A stretch of 31,813 nt of DNA. It comes from Promethearchaeota archaeon Loki_b32. Lineage in GTDB: Archaea > Asgardarchaeota > Lokiarchaeia > Sigyniarchaeales > SOKP01. The DNA lies in NCBI GenBank assembly GCA_005223125.1, contig NJBH01000040.1, forward strand, positions 1-31,813. The letters are read 5' to 3'. The notes under the pieces are model-generated. The model worked only from the letters and a program-made list of their open reading frames with translations, made no database searches and was not told where the DNA came from. The position numbers and the translations under genes were made by a program. Each line of letters begins with the position of its first letter. The stretch's first letter is position 1. Below, one piece after another: positions 8,625 to 17,985 of this stretch.

Positions 8625-9590
8625 TCATAACTCAAATTTCTTTCGATTTTCTTCTGTATCCTCATAAATACACCATTCAACAACCCGATCATTTTCAATT
8701 TTTGCTATCCAGATGTGAGAAACTACAATGCCATTCCAATTGAAGCCTTTAGGTATCGTTTGGTGTGATATAGACGCTTAAATCCCATTGGATATGATCA
8801 TCATTATGTATTACAAGAGATCCATAAATGAGATAATCATATGATATCAGTTTCCGTAATTTTGCAATTCCTTTAACTATTGTCTTACAGTTCTATGTAT
8901 TTTTTAATGAGTACCAATGATTCTCTATACAATTTGTTAAATCCTTAAGAATTAGAGTTCCTTCATTATCATCCAAGAAAGGAATATCTAGTAAAGTGCG
9001 TAATAGTACTCGAGTTTCTAAAATTGGAATTACTCCACGCTTTCCATCTTTCAGTATTTCTTGAAATAATTTGGATAATTTTAAATCGATAATAAAATAA
9101 GTTGAATGGGTATTTACAACATTTTCAAGACAAACTAGTTCTTCAAGACTAATTTTTCACACGTTTTTCTTTTATAAGTATTATTAAAATGAATTAAATC
9201 CTGATTATTTAAAGAAAAAATTTGAAATTCATTTTTAGAAAGTAATATTTTTACTTCTCCATAATTTAATGAATTTTTTAAATTCATTATTAGGTATTCC
9301 TAAATCGTTTGTGGTTATATCGTTACTCTTCTTTTTTTTTCTGTTTGAAGGTTTAGTCCGTAAACCTAATTCCCAATCATAATATGATTCTTGTTCTGTC
9401 ACAAGAAAAAAAATTCTATCCTCCCAAATAAATCAAAGGAGTCCGACAAATTTCAAGATAATAAGAATTAAAAGTAATGAGTAAAAAGTAATATATTTGT
9501 CTATTCGATTTCAATTCCACAAGAGGGACAAATTTTCGCCGCCTCATCAATTACTCCAAGTAAAAAATTGTTCGCATATTCTCATAGGAT
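8625..9590 (-). pseudogene. Mosaic of decayed gene fragments, including a SnoaL/NTF2-like C-terminus
   Basis: Frame 9150-8749 reads about 130 codons with an internal TAG (8893-8895). A shifted frame ends HIWIAKIENDRVVEWCIYEDTEENRKKFEL* (8625). A KICPSCGIEIE* remnant lies near 9500-9540. Confidence 0.5.
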
Positions 9591-9904
9591 TAAATCAAGT
9601 AATTTTGATTATGTAATAATAGAAAAATATAACACTAAGGCTTGAAAAAAAAATCCAACATTTATATAAAAGAATAGTTATTATAACATTGTAGATTTCA
9701 TTCCCTTCCCGAACTATTCTTTTTAAGTCCATAAAAAAGTTAACTTTAGATGTAGGATTCTCTAAAAACGATTTTAAAATGGAATATTAATCTTCTTAGT
9801 CCCTTCTTCAATTTTAAGGAGATTTTTAAAACCCAATAAGTATTATAAAACAGTTAAAGATTTTAAAATAAATTATTAGGTTAAGAATCAAAATAAAAAA
9901 AAAG

Positions 9905-10603
9905 TTAATTAATTTTTCTCTTTTTAAGATAGACTAGTCCTATTATTCCTATTAAAGTAAAAAACAAGTAGTAAAAGCCGAACGAAATAGCGGGCGCATC
10001 ACCAGTTACTAGTGTTAATTCAGCGGCTGATATACCGAATGCAGTAGCTATCATCTTGGTCATGACTCCATTCGAATTAAATGTAAGTATATAATCACCA
10101 AAAAAGGATTCCATGGTAATAGAGTTTCCACTAACAGAATAACTAAAATAGGCAGGTAAGCTTAAAGCATATTCTCCGAGCATTGTTAGATTTATTGGAG
10201 TAGGGATAAAAAAGAACACTCCAACATGGTCAAAATCTCTAAAATAAATATAATCCTCAGTCTCATTAGCAGCTATATATCTTGAATTATTAATTAGGGT
10301 ATCCCATGTTGCGTCAGTTGCATTATAAAATTCCATGGTAACATCAAGTAAACAACAATGAACATTTGGTTGATAAACCCCCCCACCCACAAAAATATTT
10401 TCAATTTTTATCTTATATTTGTATCCAATTACTTCAGGTGCACCAGCTGTAATTTTCCAGTTATATTCATCAAGTCTATCTACACCAAAAGTTGTATCTC
10501 CCTGTGTGGTTGCGCCTGTACTACTCTGGATAAAAGCAAGCATGAATAAAGTGCCGAAACAAAATAATATTGTTATTTTCATTAATTTTTTCATAATTAA
10601 CAC
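9905..10603 (-). CDS. Secreted surface protein with signal peptide and Loki-CTERM-like anchor
   Basis: N-terminal MKKLMK plus hydrophobic stretch; C-terminal PAISFG, TM helix, KKRK. Confidence 0.75.
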   Translation of the reverse strand: MLIMKKLMKITILFCFGTLFMLAFIQSSTGATTQGDTTFGVDRLDEYNWKITAGAPEVIGYKYKIKIENIFVGGGVYQPNVHCCLLDVTMEFYNATDATWDTLINNSRYIAANETEDYIYFRDFDHVGVFFFIPTPINLTMLGEYALSLPAYFSYSVSGNSITMESFFGDYILTFNSNGVMTKMIATAFGISAAELTLVTGDAPAISFGFYYLFFTLIGIIGLVYLKKRKIN

Positions 10604-10760
10604 TTATAAAATTGGTTTCGTGTTTAAAATAAAAATGTATTAAATAGTATTTAATTTTATTTATATTCGATAGTTTGAAGCTAATTTGAGGAAGATTTTT
10701 TTTCTTTCAAAAAGTTTAAATAAGTTCATCATTGTTTGAAGTTATGTCAAATCACCTCTT

Positions 10761-11714
10761 ATGTCAATTCTACTCTTAAAAGCTTTTTCTGCGAAAAAAT
10801 TAATCAATCTCATCCGAGAGGACTTATTAAGCTTATTACAGACTAACCTCGATAAGATCGGGATTACCGTATTGGATGATGGAACGACTTGGTCCGAATT
10901 CATTTACAGGTTATACGAGATACCTCCCTATACCAGGAACATGGTAGGCCTCTTTTGGGTACCTTGGGGCCCTGAGTTTGGAGATCCTAGCTGGTACATC
11001 AATGACTTGTTAACCAACAGATCACGTGCTGCTAACTTTGCTCAATATAATGGATGTCAAGCGGCAATAGAAGATGGTAGAAATCCAAGCGACGTGAATG
11101 ACAACGTGCTGCTCTTAATGGAAGCGGCCTTAACGGAAATCAATTCTACTCAGAGAAAGCGAATGTACGATAGGATTCAAGAACTCTTGATTACAAAAGA
11201 TATGCCATGGGCATGGGGAGTTGTTGAAAAACTATATCACGCTCACCATATCAATTTAGCAGGATTTCAACAAAATGCGTTTAAGAAGTTAGATTTCTAT
11301 TCCTGTACTTGGGAGGAACCAGATTACACGATTCAAATTTCGCATCCACCGGATATTACATATGTTCAAGGTGATTTCCAAGTGATACCAATTGAATGGT
11401 ATATCACTGCTACTAATTTATCAAATTCACATTACTCTATTTTTCGAAATACAACGTTTTTAACTAGTGGTCAATGGAGCCCGGGAATACCGGTTAGATG
11501 CAATCTTAATCACAACGCTACTGTTGGAACTTATGTTTATCGCATCGAAGCGCATAATGAGAATGAAATCGCTGAAGACATCGTAATGGTAACCGTAACT
11601 ACAACCGCAGGATCTGTGGTTTTTGGATACCCCACTATAGTTTTAATAGGAATTTCAGTAGTGTGTCTACTCTTTATATACCAGAGGCTCAGAAAAAAAC
11701 TTAAATTATCTTAA
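10761..11714 (+). CDS. N-terminally truncated family-5 ABC substrate-binding protein with Ig-like domain and C-terminal anchor (possible pseudogene)
   Basis: QTNLDKIGITV, WGPEFGDP, QRKRMYDRIQELL...DMPW are SBP5 C-lobe motifs. Ends VFGY-TM-RKK. No signal peptide or N-lobe. Confidence 0.7.
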   Translation: MSILLLKAFSAKKLINLIREDLLSLLQTNLDKIGITVLDDGTTWSEFIYRLYEIPPYTRNMVGLFWVPWGPEFGDPSWYINDLLTNRSRAANFAQYNGCQAAIEDGRNPSDVNDNVLLLMEAALTEINSTQRKRMYDRIQELLITKDMPWAWGVVEKLYHAHHINLAGFQQNAFKKLDFYSCTWEEPDYTIQISHPPDITYVQGDFQVIPIEWYITATNLSNSHYSIFRNTTFLTSGQWSPGIPVRCNLNHNATVGTYVYRIEAHNENEIAEDIVMVTVTTTAGSVVFGYPTIVLIGISVVCLLFIYQRLRKKLKLS

Positions 11715-11832
11715 GAAATAAAAACTCTAAAAAATTAATATTTATTTTTTTTAAAATTCTCCCATTTAAAATTCTCACATGCATACAATAAAAATTAGAT
11801 TGTTTGAAAATTTAAAAAACATTTCAATTTAA

Positions 11833-13131
11833 TTATTTATGGTTAGGTGGTTTTAATAAGTATGCTAAGAATGCCGCACCAACTGACATGCATCCCATTA
11901 CGATAAATAGTATTAAATAACTTCCAAATGCAGTAACTAATAAGTTAACTCCAACGGCTCCTACAAACCCAGCAATTCCATAAGCAGTAAACACTATTCC
12001 ATAATTAGGCCCAAGATTTTTTGCTCCGAATAAATCAGTTGTAGCAGTTGGAAATAAGCTGAAATTCCCACCAAAACAGAAATAAATAGCACAAGTTATA
12101 ACTGCAAAGTAAAGCGCGTTAATATTTGTTGTAAAGTAAATAAACATCAAAATTGCTTGAGTAGAAAACATTATTAACATTGCTTTTTTGTATGTCATGT
12201 AATCAGCGACTAATCCCCACATCACACGCCCAGCACCGTTAAAGAGTGCAGCTAAACTACCAATAAATACAAAATCTACCGTTCCAATTACATATATGAA
12301 ATTATCTCCGACATCGGTAGTTTTAGCGAAAGATGCATAAGACCCAATTACCATTAATCCACTTATGGCACTTAGAACAAACGTAATCCAGAGCAGCCAA
12401 AATTGAGGTAGTTTTATTGTTTGCTTGCGCTGGAATTCAAGCCCAGAAATTCCACTTTTCTCAGATGGAGGTGGTGGCACCCATCCTGCAGGTTTCCATC
12501 CCTCTGGAGGATTACTTAAGGTCATTGCTCCTCCAATAATTAGGATTAAATAAATAATTCCTAGAATTATAAACATAAGTGGAATATTTGGAGAAATTGT
12601 ATCAAGAAATGCAGCATCTGTTGTTTCCAGATTAGTTGGATTTGCAAGTGCTTTTATTACATAATTGAAGATAAAGGATCCTGCTCCAAAACCGGCTACA
12701 GCAATTCCATTAATAAAACCCTTTTTGTCCGGGAACCATTTACTTGCGGAAGCTATAGGACACACATAACTAAATCCAATTCCGGCTCCAAAAATGATAC
12801 CATACGTAATCAATAGTCCAATGAAAGTTGTCATAAACGCTGACATAATAACGCCTGCACCCATTAAAATTCCTCCAAGAATGGCAACATTTCTAGGACT
12901 ATATTTCTGCTGTAATTGTCCAGCAAAAATCATTGTTATCGCAAACGATAGTAATCCTACACCAAAGACGAAAACTGTCAACTCTTTTACTTCATTTAGA
13001 TATGGACTAATAAAGATTGTAAGTGTCCCCCAGGAATATATTGTACCTAACGCCAGTTGGATCATAATAGCTCCTAAGACAACAATCCAACGATTTCTAA
13101 CTGTTTGTCCTTCAGACATTTTCCATTTCAC
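11833..13131 (-). CDS. OFA (oxalate:formate antiporter) family MFS transporter
   Basis: NRWIVVLGA, KWFPDKKG..NG.AVAGFG.GS, FNGAGRVMWG, FGGNFSLFP...DLFGAKN.G.NYG motifs; 12 TM. Start likely ATG 13119. Confidence 0.9.
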   Translation of the reverse strand: MKWKMSEGQTVRNRWIVVLGAIMIQLALGTIYSWGTLTIFISPYLNEVKELTVFVFGVGLLSFAITMIFAGQLQQKYSPRNVAILGGILMGAGVIMSAFMTTFIGLLITYGIIFGAGIGFSYVCPIASASKWFPDKKGFINGIAVAGFGAGSFIFNYVIKALANPTNLETTDAAFLDTISPNIPLMFIILGIIYLILIIGGAMTLSNPPEGWKPAGWVPPPPSEKSGISGLEFQRKQTIKLPQFWLLWITFVLSAISGLMVIGSYASFAKTTDVGDNFIYVIGTVDFVFIGSLAALFNGAGRVMWGLVADYMTYKKAMLIMFSTQAILMFIYFTTNINALYFAVITCAIYFCFGGNFSLFPTATTDLFGAKNLGPNYGIVFTAYGIAGFVGAVGVNLLVTAFGSYLILFIVMGCMSVGAAFLAYLLKPPNHK

Positions 13132-13320
13132 ATATAAAATCTTATAAATTTAAGAATTAGTAGAAGGATAAAAAGATTTATTTAATATTTTAAAAATAAC
13201 CGGCAAAGTTATTTTAACTGATTTATAGGCAAACTAAATTTTTTAGAGTTTATTTAACAAATTTATTTACATATTGTAAATTAAGAAATTTTATATCAAA
13301 CTCGTTTACGTGAAATTATT

Positions 13321-14328
13321 ATGAGGTTTATTTCTGGTTTAAAAAATTTAGGAAAAAAAACGATTTTAGTGATAATTCTTATTCTTTTCATTATTTCCTG
13401 GTTATTATTCGTAATTGGTTTTGTTATTCTTGAAAAGCATTCAATTGGGGTTTATATCCAAATATTTCTTGGAATTTTAGCGGGATTTACCTTTGTGTTA
13501 ATTATTTTATCTTTTATTAGGCCACTTGATAAAATGGGAGCAATTTTGATTATCCTTGCAGTTGTTTTAACAATACCAGTTCTAATAATCTTTGGGAGGA
13601 TTATAGGACTTTTTTATTATTTCTGCTTTTTTGCAAATGCAGTAATAACAGCATTTTTTGCATTTAAATTTTGTATGGATACATCAACGACGGTTGATGA
13701 TTTCTTGTACAAAAAAAAAGGCTCTAGAATATTCACGAGAACGTTAGAATTCATAATCTTTTTGGTTCTTAGTTGGTGGTTTGTCTCAATAACAATTAGA
13801 TTCTTTAGAGGTTTTCCAACTCCTGGTGTTCAAAGATTAGCAATATTTTTTATTAATCTCTTTTGGATAGGTTTAATACTTATAGTATTTGTCATCCTTA
13901 GATTAATTTTTACTAAAAAATTAGCTGCTTATATTAGTTTATTTGATGTTTTAATATTCCTTTATGTAATTTATCTTGTGATAGGTCTCTGGGCAGAATT
14001 TATCTTTTATGATAGTTCAGGTTATGTTATCTTTACATTTGTGGTTGATTTGCTATTATTTATTTATATTATTGGCTCGATTTTTGATCGTGTAGATTAT
14101 ATAAAGGACAAACTTAAAATATTTCGAGCAGACACTATAGCCTTATTCGTAATTTTAATGAAGGTAATTGTCCAAATCAATAAAATTTCCCAAATATTCA
14201 TGACACCATTAGAACTAGCTAAACAAGTAATATTTCAAGTACAAATTCTATGGTTTTTCTTTGTTTTCTTTACAATTGTAGTTGGAATATATACTATCTT
14301 TAAACATAAAGAAGGTAAAACTTCTTAA
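13321..14328 (+). CDS. Multi-pass membrane protein, unknown function
   Basis: About 10 hydrophobic segments. Confidence 0.7.
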   Translation: MRFISGLKNLGKKTILVIILILFIISWLLFVIGFVILEKHSIGVYIQIFLGILAGFTFVLIILSFIRPLDKMGAILIILAVVLTIPVLIIFGRIIGLFYYFCFFANAVITAFFAFKFCMDTSTTVDDFLYKKKGSRIFTRTLEFIIFLVLSWWFVSITIRFFRGFPTPGVQRLAIFFINLFWIGLILIVFVILRLIFTKKLAAYISLFDVLIFLYVIYLVIGLWAEFIFYDSSGYVIFTFVVDLLLFIYIIGSIFDRVDYIKDKLKIFRADTIALFVILMKVIVQINKISQIFMTPLELAKQVIFQVQILWFFFVFFTIVVGIYTIFKHKEGKTS

Positions 14329-14424
14329 TTTTATTTTTTTTAAATCTATCCCTTCGGTTAACATTTATAAGTTGTATTTACTAATTAACAATAATTATTT
14401 TAATTTGAATAAGAAAGAGATACT

Positions 14425-14670
14425 ATGAGTGAAACTGAATTAAATCAGTTAAGAAAGGGAAAAATCAAAAAAACAATACTACTCATTCTTATAATTGTCG
14501 CATTCGGAGCAATTATTACCACTCTCTTTGTCATTTATTTTAATATAAATACTAACGAGGGAGGATGAGCTTGTTTAATGTTTGGTGATCCAATATTTTA
14601 TTTGAAGGAATGGAGCTTATTCAATTACTCTTTCAAATATATGAATAGCTTTATCATATTTTCAGTATAA
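14425..14670 (+). CDS. Candidate small membrane selenoprotein (81 aa, Sec at residue 48, GG-U-A-C)
   Basis: ATG 14425; in-frame TGA 14566-14568; frame stays open 33 more codons to TAA 14668-14670; SECIS-like hairpin core starts 11 nt after the stop. MSETELNQLRKGKIKKTILLILIIVAFGAIITTLFVIYFNINTNEGG-U-ACLMFGDPIFYLKEWSLFNYSFKYMNSFIIFSV. Confidence 0.65.
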
Positions 14671-14740
14671 TATCGAATGGAATGATTCCTGCTAAAAAAT
14701 GATAGTAGTAGGAGGACCTACCCTGCAAGGGTTTCGAATA
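14671..14740 (+). promoter_or_regulatory. Eukaryote-type SECIS element in the 3' UTR
   Basis: AUGA (14682-14685), U, UCCUGCUA (14687-14694), AAAAA loop, UAGUAGGA (14706-14713), G, GA (14715-14716), C. This gives a tandem G.A core, an 8-bp helix and apical adenosines. Outer pairing UCGAA/UUCGA. Confidence 0.7.
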
Positions 14741-14771
14741 ATAGAGTTTATTTCTAAGAAAAAGGGTATCC

Positions 14772-14783
14772 TTTTTTTTTTTT
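14772..14783 (+). terminator. Oligo-T archaeal terminator candidate downstream of the SECIS
   Basis: T12 run followed by further T-rich tracts. Confidence 0.4.
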
Positions 14784-14850
14784 ACTTTTACTTTAACTTT
14801 AATCAATTTATAATGAAAACTTTTAATAAATGAGGAAATCTATGTAAAAT

Positions 14851-15003
14851 ATGCCAGTTGCAATTCTCGAAGTAAATGAAAAGAAGATTCCATTAAAAGA
14901 TTTTATGCAAGATATGTTAACAAATATCGTTCAAGGATTTTTGAAATCTACTAAGGGTGTCCCTCAAAACATAGAAAATATTAAAATCACTATAAAACTA
15001 TAA
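14851..15003 (+). CDS. 50-aa protein resembling the MobB C-terminal domain
   Basis: MPVAILEVNEKKIPLKDFMQDMLTNIVQGFLKSTKGVPQNIENIKITIKL matches the L.VNGKKIPL..F.Q.....I.G....LKG...I.I pattern; not in track. Confidence 0.6.
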   Translation: MPVAILEVNEKKIPLKDFMQDMLTNIVQGFLKSTKGVPQNIENIKITIKL

Positions 15004-15062
15004 TTTTTTATTTTATAATTTTACACGTAAAAAAAAGAAAAAAAAGAATGAGATTTAAATAA

Positions 15063-15230
15063 TTAAAGTTCTTGAATCGCTTTTTGCTTTGCTAATTTTT
15101 CTTCTTCTGTGAGTTCAACTTCTCCCCTTTTTACAAACAACATCATTATGAAAGCCAGTATAAAGAAAATAGCACCATTAAGTAGCAAAGAAGGAGGAGA
15201 AAATAGATCTTTAAAAGGTCTTTCTAACAT
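15063..15230 (-). pseudogene. 55-aa ORF resembling the last helix and tail of an MFS transporter
   Basis: MLERPFKDLFSPPSLLLNGAIFFILAFIMMLFVKRGEVELTEEEKLAKQKAIQEL; FF.LAF..MLFVKRGE is a typical MFS C-terminus. Confidence 0.45.
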
Positions 15231-15344
15231 ATTTTATCTTTAAAAAAAGATTACACTAAAATGGATAATAACAAAAATAAAAATTATAATCTTTAATTTA
15301 AGTTAAAAAACACAGTTTATTTAAAAATTCAAGGATTGAAATCG

Positions 15345-16229
15345 ATGAAACTAGAACCTGAATGTATTGGCTGTCTCTTTAATCAAGTTCTAAAGGCTTT
15401 TGAATTATTACAACCAAATTTTTCTCGTGAAATAATAATTGAAGCCCAGAAGAAACTTATGAAATTTTTGTTAGATTTTGATTTAAATCAAGATGCAGCC
15501 CCAACCTTAGGTAAAGTAACTTACAACATTATAGCAGAGCTTTTAGGCAATCATGATCCTTATCACGACCTTAAAATTGAATATAATAATCTTATTTTAA
15601 AGCACTTCGATGAAATAACGAGAATTATTGAGAGTGCTGATGATCCCTTATTTAAAGCCATTTTAGCCTCAGCTCTTGGAAATACGATTGATTTTGCTGG
15701 CCAACATGACATTGACATCATAAATGATCTTAAGAATTTTACATTGGAGGATCTTGTAATAAATGATTATGGAAAATTCCAAAAATCACTTGAAAAGGCA
15801 AATCACTTGTTAATATTAGGAGATAATGCAGGAGAAATTGTTTTCGATAAAATCTTGATCATTTTTATCAAAAAGTATTACCCCGATTTGGAAATCATTT
15901 ATTCTGTGAGATCTGCCCCTATTATCAATGATGCTACTATGGAAGATGCAATTTTTATCAGTTTAACAGATTTAATAGAAGTAGTCGAATCGAATGCAGC
16001 TCCAGGGATAATTTTGTCTGAGGCTACACAAGAATTTAAGAAACATTTCCTAAAAAAAAATGGTGTTATTTTATCAAAAGGACAGGGGAATTTTGAGAGT
16101 CTATATAAGACTAATATACCTCAAAAAGACGTGTATTACTTACTAAAAGCTAAATGTAATTTAATGGAAAGAATTTTTGGAGTTAAAATAGGTGATTTAA
16201 TCTTTAAAAAGAAGAATTATACATTTTGA
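15345..16229 (+). CDS. DUF89 / ARMT1-like damage-control phosphatase
   Basis: ECIGC, DPY..LK, GNTIDF, DNAGEIVFD, PIINDAT..DA and KGQGNFESL motifs intact. Confidence 0.92.
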   Translation: MKLEPECIGCLFNQVLKAFELLQPNFSREIIIEAQKKLMKFLLDFDLNQDAAPTLGKVTYNIIAELLGNHDPYHDLKIEYNNLILKHFDEITRIIESADDPLFKAILASALGNTIDFAGQHDIDIINDLKNFTLEDLVINDYGKFQKSLEKANHLLILGDNAGEIVFDKILIIFIKKYYPDLEIIYSVRSAPIINDATMEDAIFISLTDLIEVVESNAAPGIILSEATQEFKKHFLKKNGVILSKGQGNFESLYKTNIPQKDVYYLLKAKCNLMERIFGVKIGDLIFKKKNYTF

Positions 16230-16708
16230 TTGATTGTGTTAGTTCGTAATTTTTTGATCGCATCTGTAAAAAAACCAAAATCACCAATCTCAGCTTTCTT
16301 ATGTGAGTCTTTAATCCTGTTGAAGTATTCTTCAATTTGTACAAATAAAATATTTTTAAAAGAGGTAAATTGACTAACTTCATTACAATTTTCATCGATT
16401 TCAGTACGGTATAATGAATAAAACATGTCCAATGATTTTTCCGCTTCTTCTCTTATGTCATGTTTTACAAATTCTTTATCAAGAATTGCGACGAATATTA
16501 GATTATATTTATAAACGACTATCATTTCTACGTCAAGTCCTTTTATATTTATCTCTTTTATCCGTCCTAAGTTTTCTCCGAAAAGACCTAATGCTCCAAC
16601 AAAAGAAGACAATAAAACGGGATTAATCTTCGAATCTAATATAAGATCAAGAAGGTATTCACCACTTTCTTTACAGATAACTATACCTTTGAGTAATTTA
16701 GAATCCAT
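16217..16708 (-). CDS. Longin/roadblock-like domain protein (Asgard-type)
   Basis: IVICKESGEYL...INPVLLSSFVGALGLFG...IKEI...LIFVAILD...F...Y...SQFTSF pattern. Confidence 0.65.
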   Translation of the reverse strand: MDSKLLKGIVICKESGEYLLDLILDSKINPVLLSSFVGALGLFGENLGRIKEINIKGLDVEMIVVYKYNLIFVAILDKEFVKHDIREEAEKSLDMFYSLYRTEIDENCNEVSQFTSFKNILFVQIEEYFNRIKDSHKKAEIGDFGFFTDAIKKLRTNTINQNV

Positions 16709-16882
16709 AATGACAATATTCCCTGTTATTATTCTAATTAATACCTAAGTAACTAAAGTTAATATTGGTTAATAAAACCTCTTAAATTGAATTTTAAAAT
16801 AAGTGTAATATCTAGAAAATAGGATTCTAATGTGATACATATTAGATTTTTGTTCCAAATAGTAAATAAAAAAGAAATTTGA

Positions 16883-17734
16883 TTATTTTTCTAGTAATTC
16901 TCTTATTTTTCTAACAGCATCTTTAAAGGCTTTAGCAGATTTACTTTCAGGATACTTTATAATGAATGGTAATCCTTGATCTCCCTGTTGACTAACCTCA
17001 ATTTCAAATGGTATTTTCCCTAGAAGAGAGATATTAAAATCAGTACTCGCTTTTTCTGCTCCACCGGGAGGGTATAAATCAATATAATCTCCACAATGGG
17101 GGCAATTAAAACCAGACATGTTCTCAATAATACCAAGTATTTTTCTTTGCATCACCATGGCCATTTTTATCGTTTTTCTTGCATCCATTAAGGCAACTTC
17201 CTGAGGAGTTGTAACTATTATTACATTTTCATCAGGTATTAATTGCAAAATATCGAGGGTCTCATCACTGGTTCCCGGAGGTAAATCGCATATTAAATAA
17301 TCAAGTTCTCCCCACTCAGCATCACCCAAGAATTGTCTAACTGCACTCATCTTCATAGGTCCTCTCCAAATTACGGGGTCATCTGGTGTGAGGGTTAAAA
17401 ATGCCATACTCATAACCTTTAGTTTTAATGGTCCATCAATAGGATAAAATCTTTTAGCTTCAGGATCAACTCTTGGTTTCAATTCTGGACTAATTCCGAG
17501 CATTTTTATTGCATTGGGTCCTGTTATATCTACATCAAGAATTCCTACTCTCAATCCTACACTAGCTAAACTCATGGCAAGGTTAATGGCAACGGTTGTT
17601 TTTCCTACACCACCCTTCCCAGATATTATTACGATTTTATGTTTAATCTTTTCCATATTTTTTCTGATATTCTTCTCCCTTTCGTCTACCATCATTTCTT
17701 TTAAATCAATATCTGGAATCTCTTTTTCTGACAT
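16883..17734 (-). CDS. mrp: Mrp/NBP35 (ApbC) Fe-S cluster carrier ATPase
   Basis: SGKGGVGKTT, DVDITGP, VIWRGP, DLPPGTSDE, ENMSGFNCPHC. Confidence 0.95.
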   Translation of the reverse strand: MSEKEIPDIDLKEMMVDEREKNIRKNMEKIKHKIVIISGKGGVGKTTVAINLAMSLASVGLRVGILDVDITGPNAIKMLGISPELKPRVDPEAKRFYPIDGPLKLKVMSMAFLTLTPDDPVIWRGPMKMSAVRQFLGDAEWGELDYLICDLPPGTSDETLDILQLIPDENVIIVTTPQEVALMDARKTIKMAMVMQRKILGIIENMSGFNCPHCGDYIDLYPPGGAEKASTDFNISLLGKIPFEIEVSQQGDQGLPFIIKYPESKSAKAFKDAVRKIRELLEK

Positions 17735-17985
17735 GTTTATCTTCAATTTTAATGATTACTTCTTAATCTTATTAATTTAATTAATGAAAAAAAAGAGTAG
17801 CTTTAATTTTATTGTTAATAAAATATGAAGTTTTCTACATTATCATTTATAATTATAATATCTTTCAAGAATAATTTATAGAACATAAACTCAAGAAATT
17901 AATAAATCTCAAAATATTATTCATTACTGGTTAGCGAAGAAAAATTAAATTTTGAAGGTGTTGTTGAATTCCAGTAAGTAACTTT

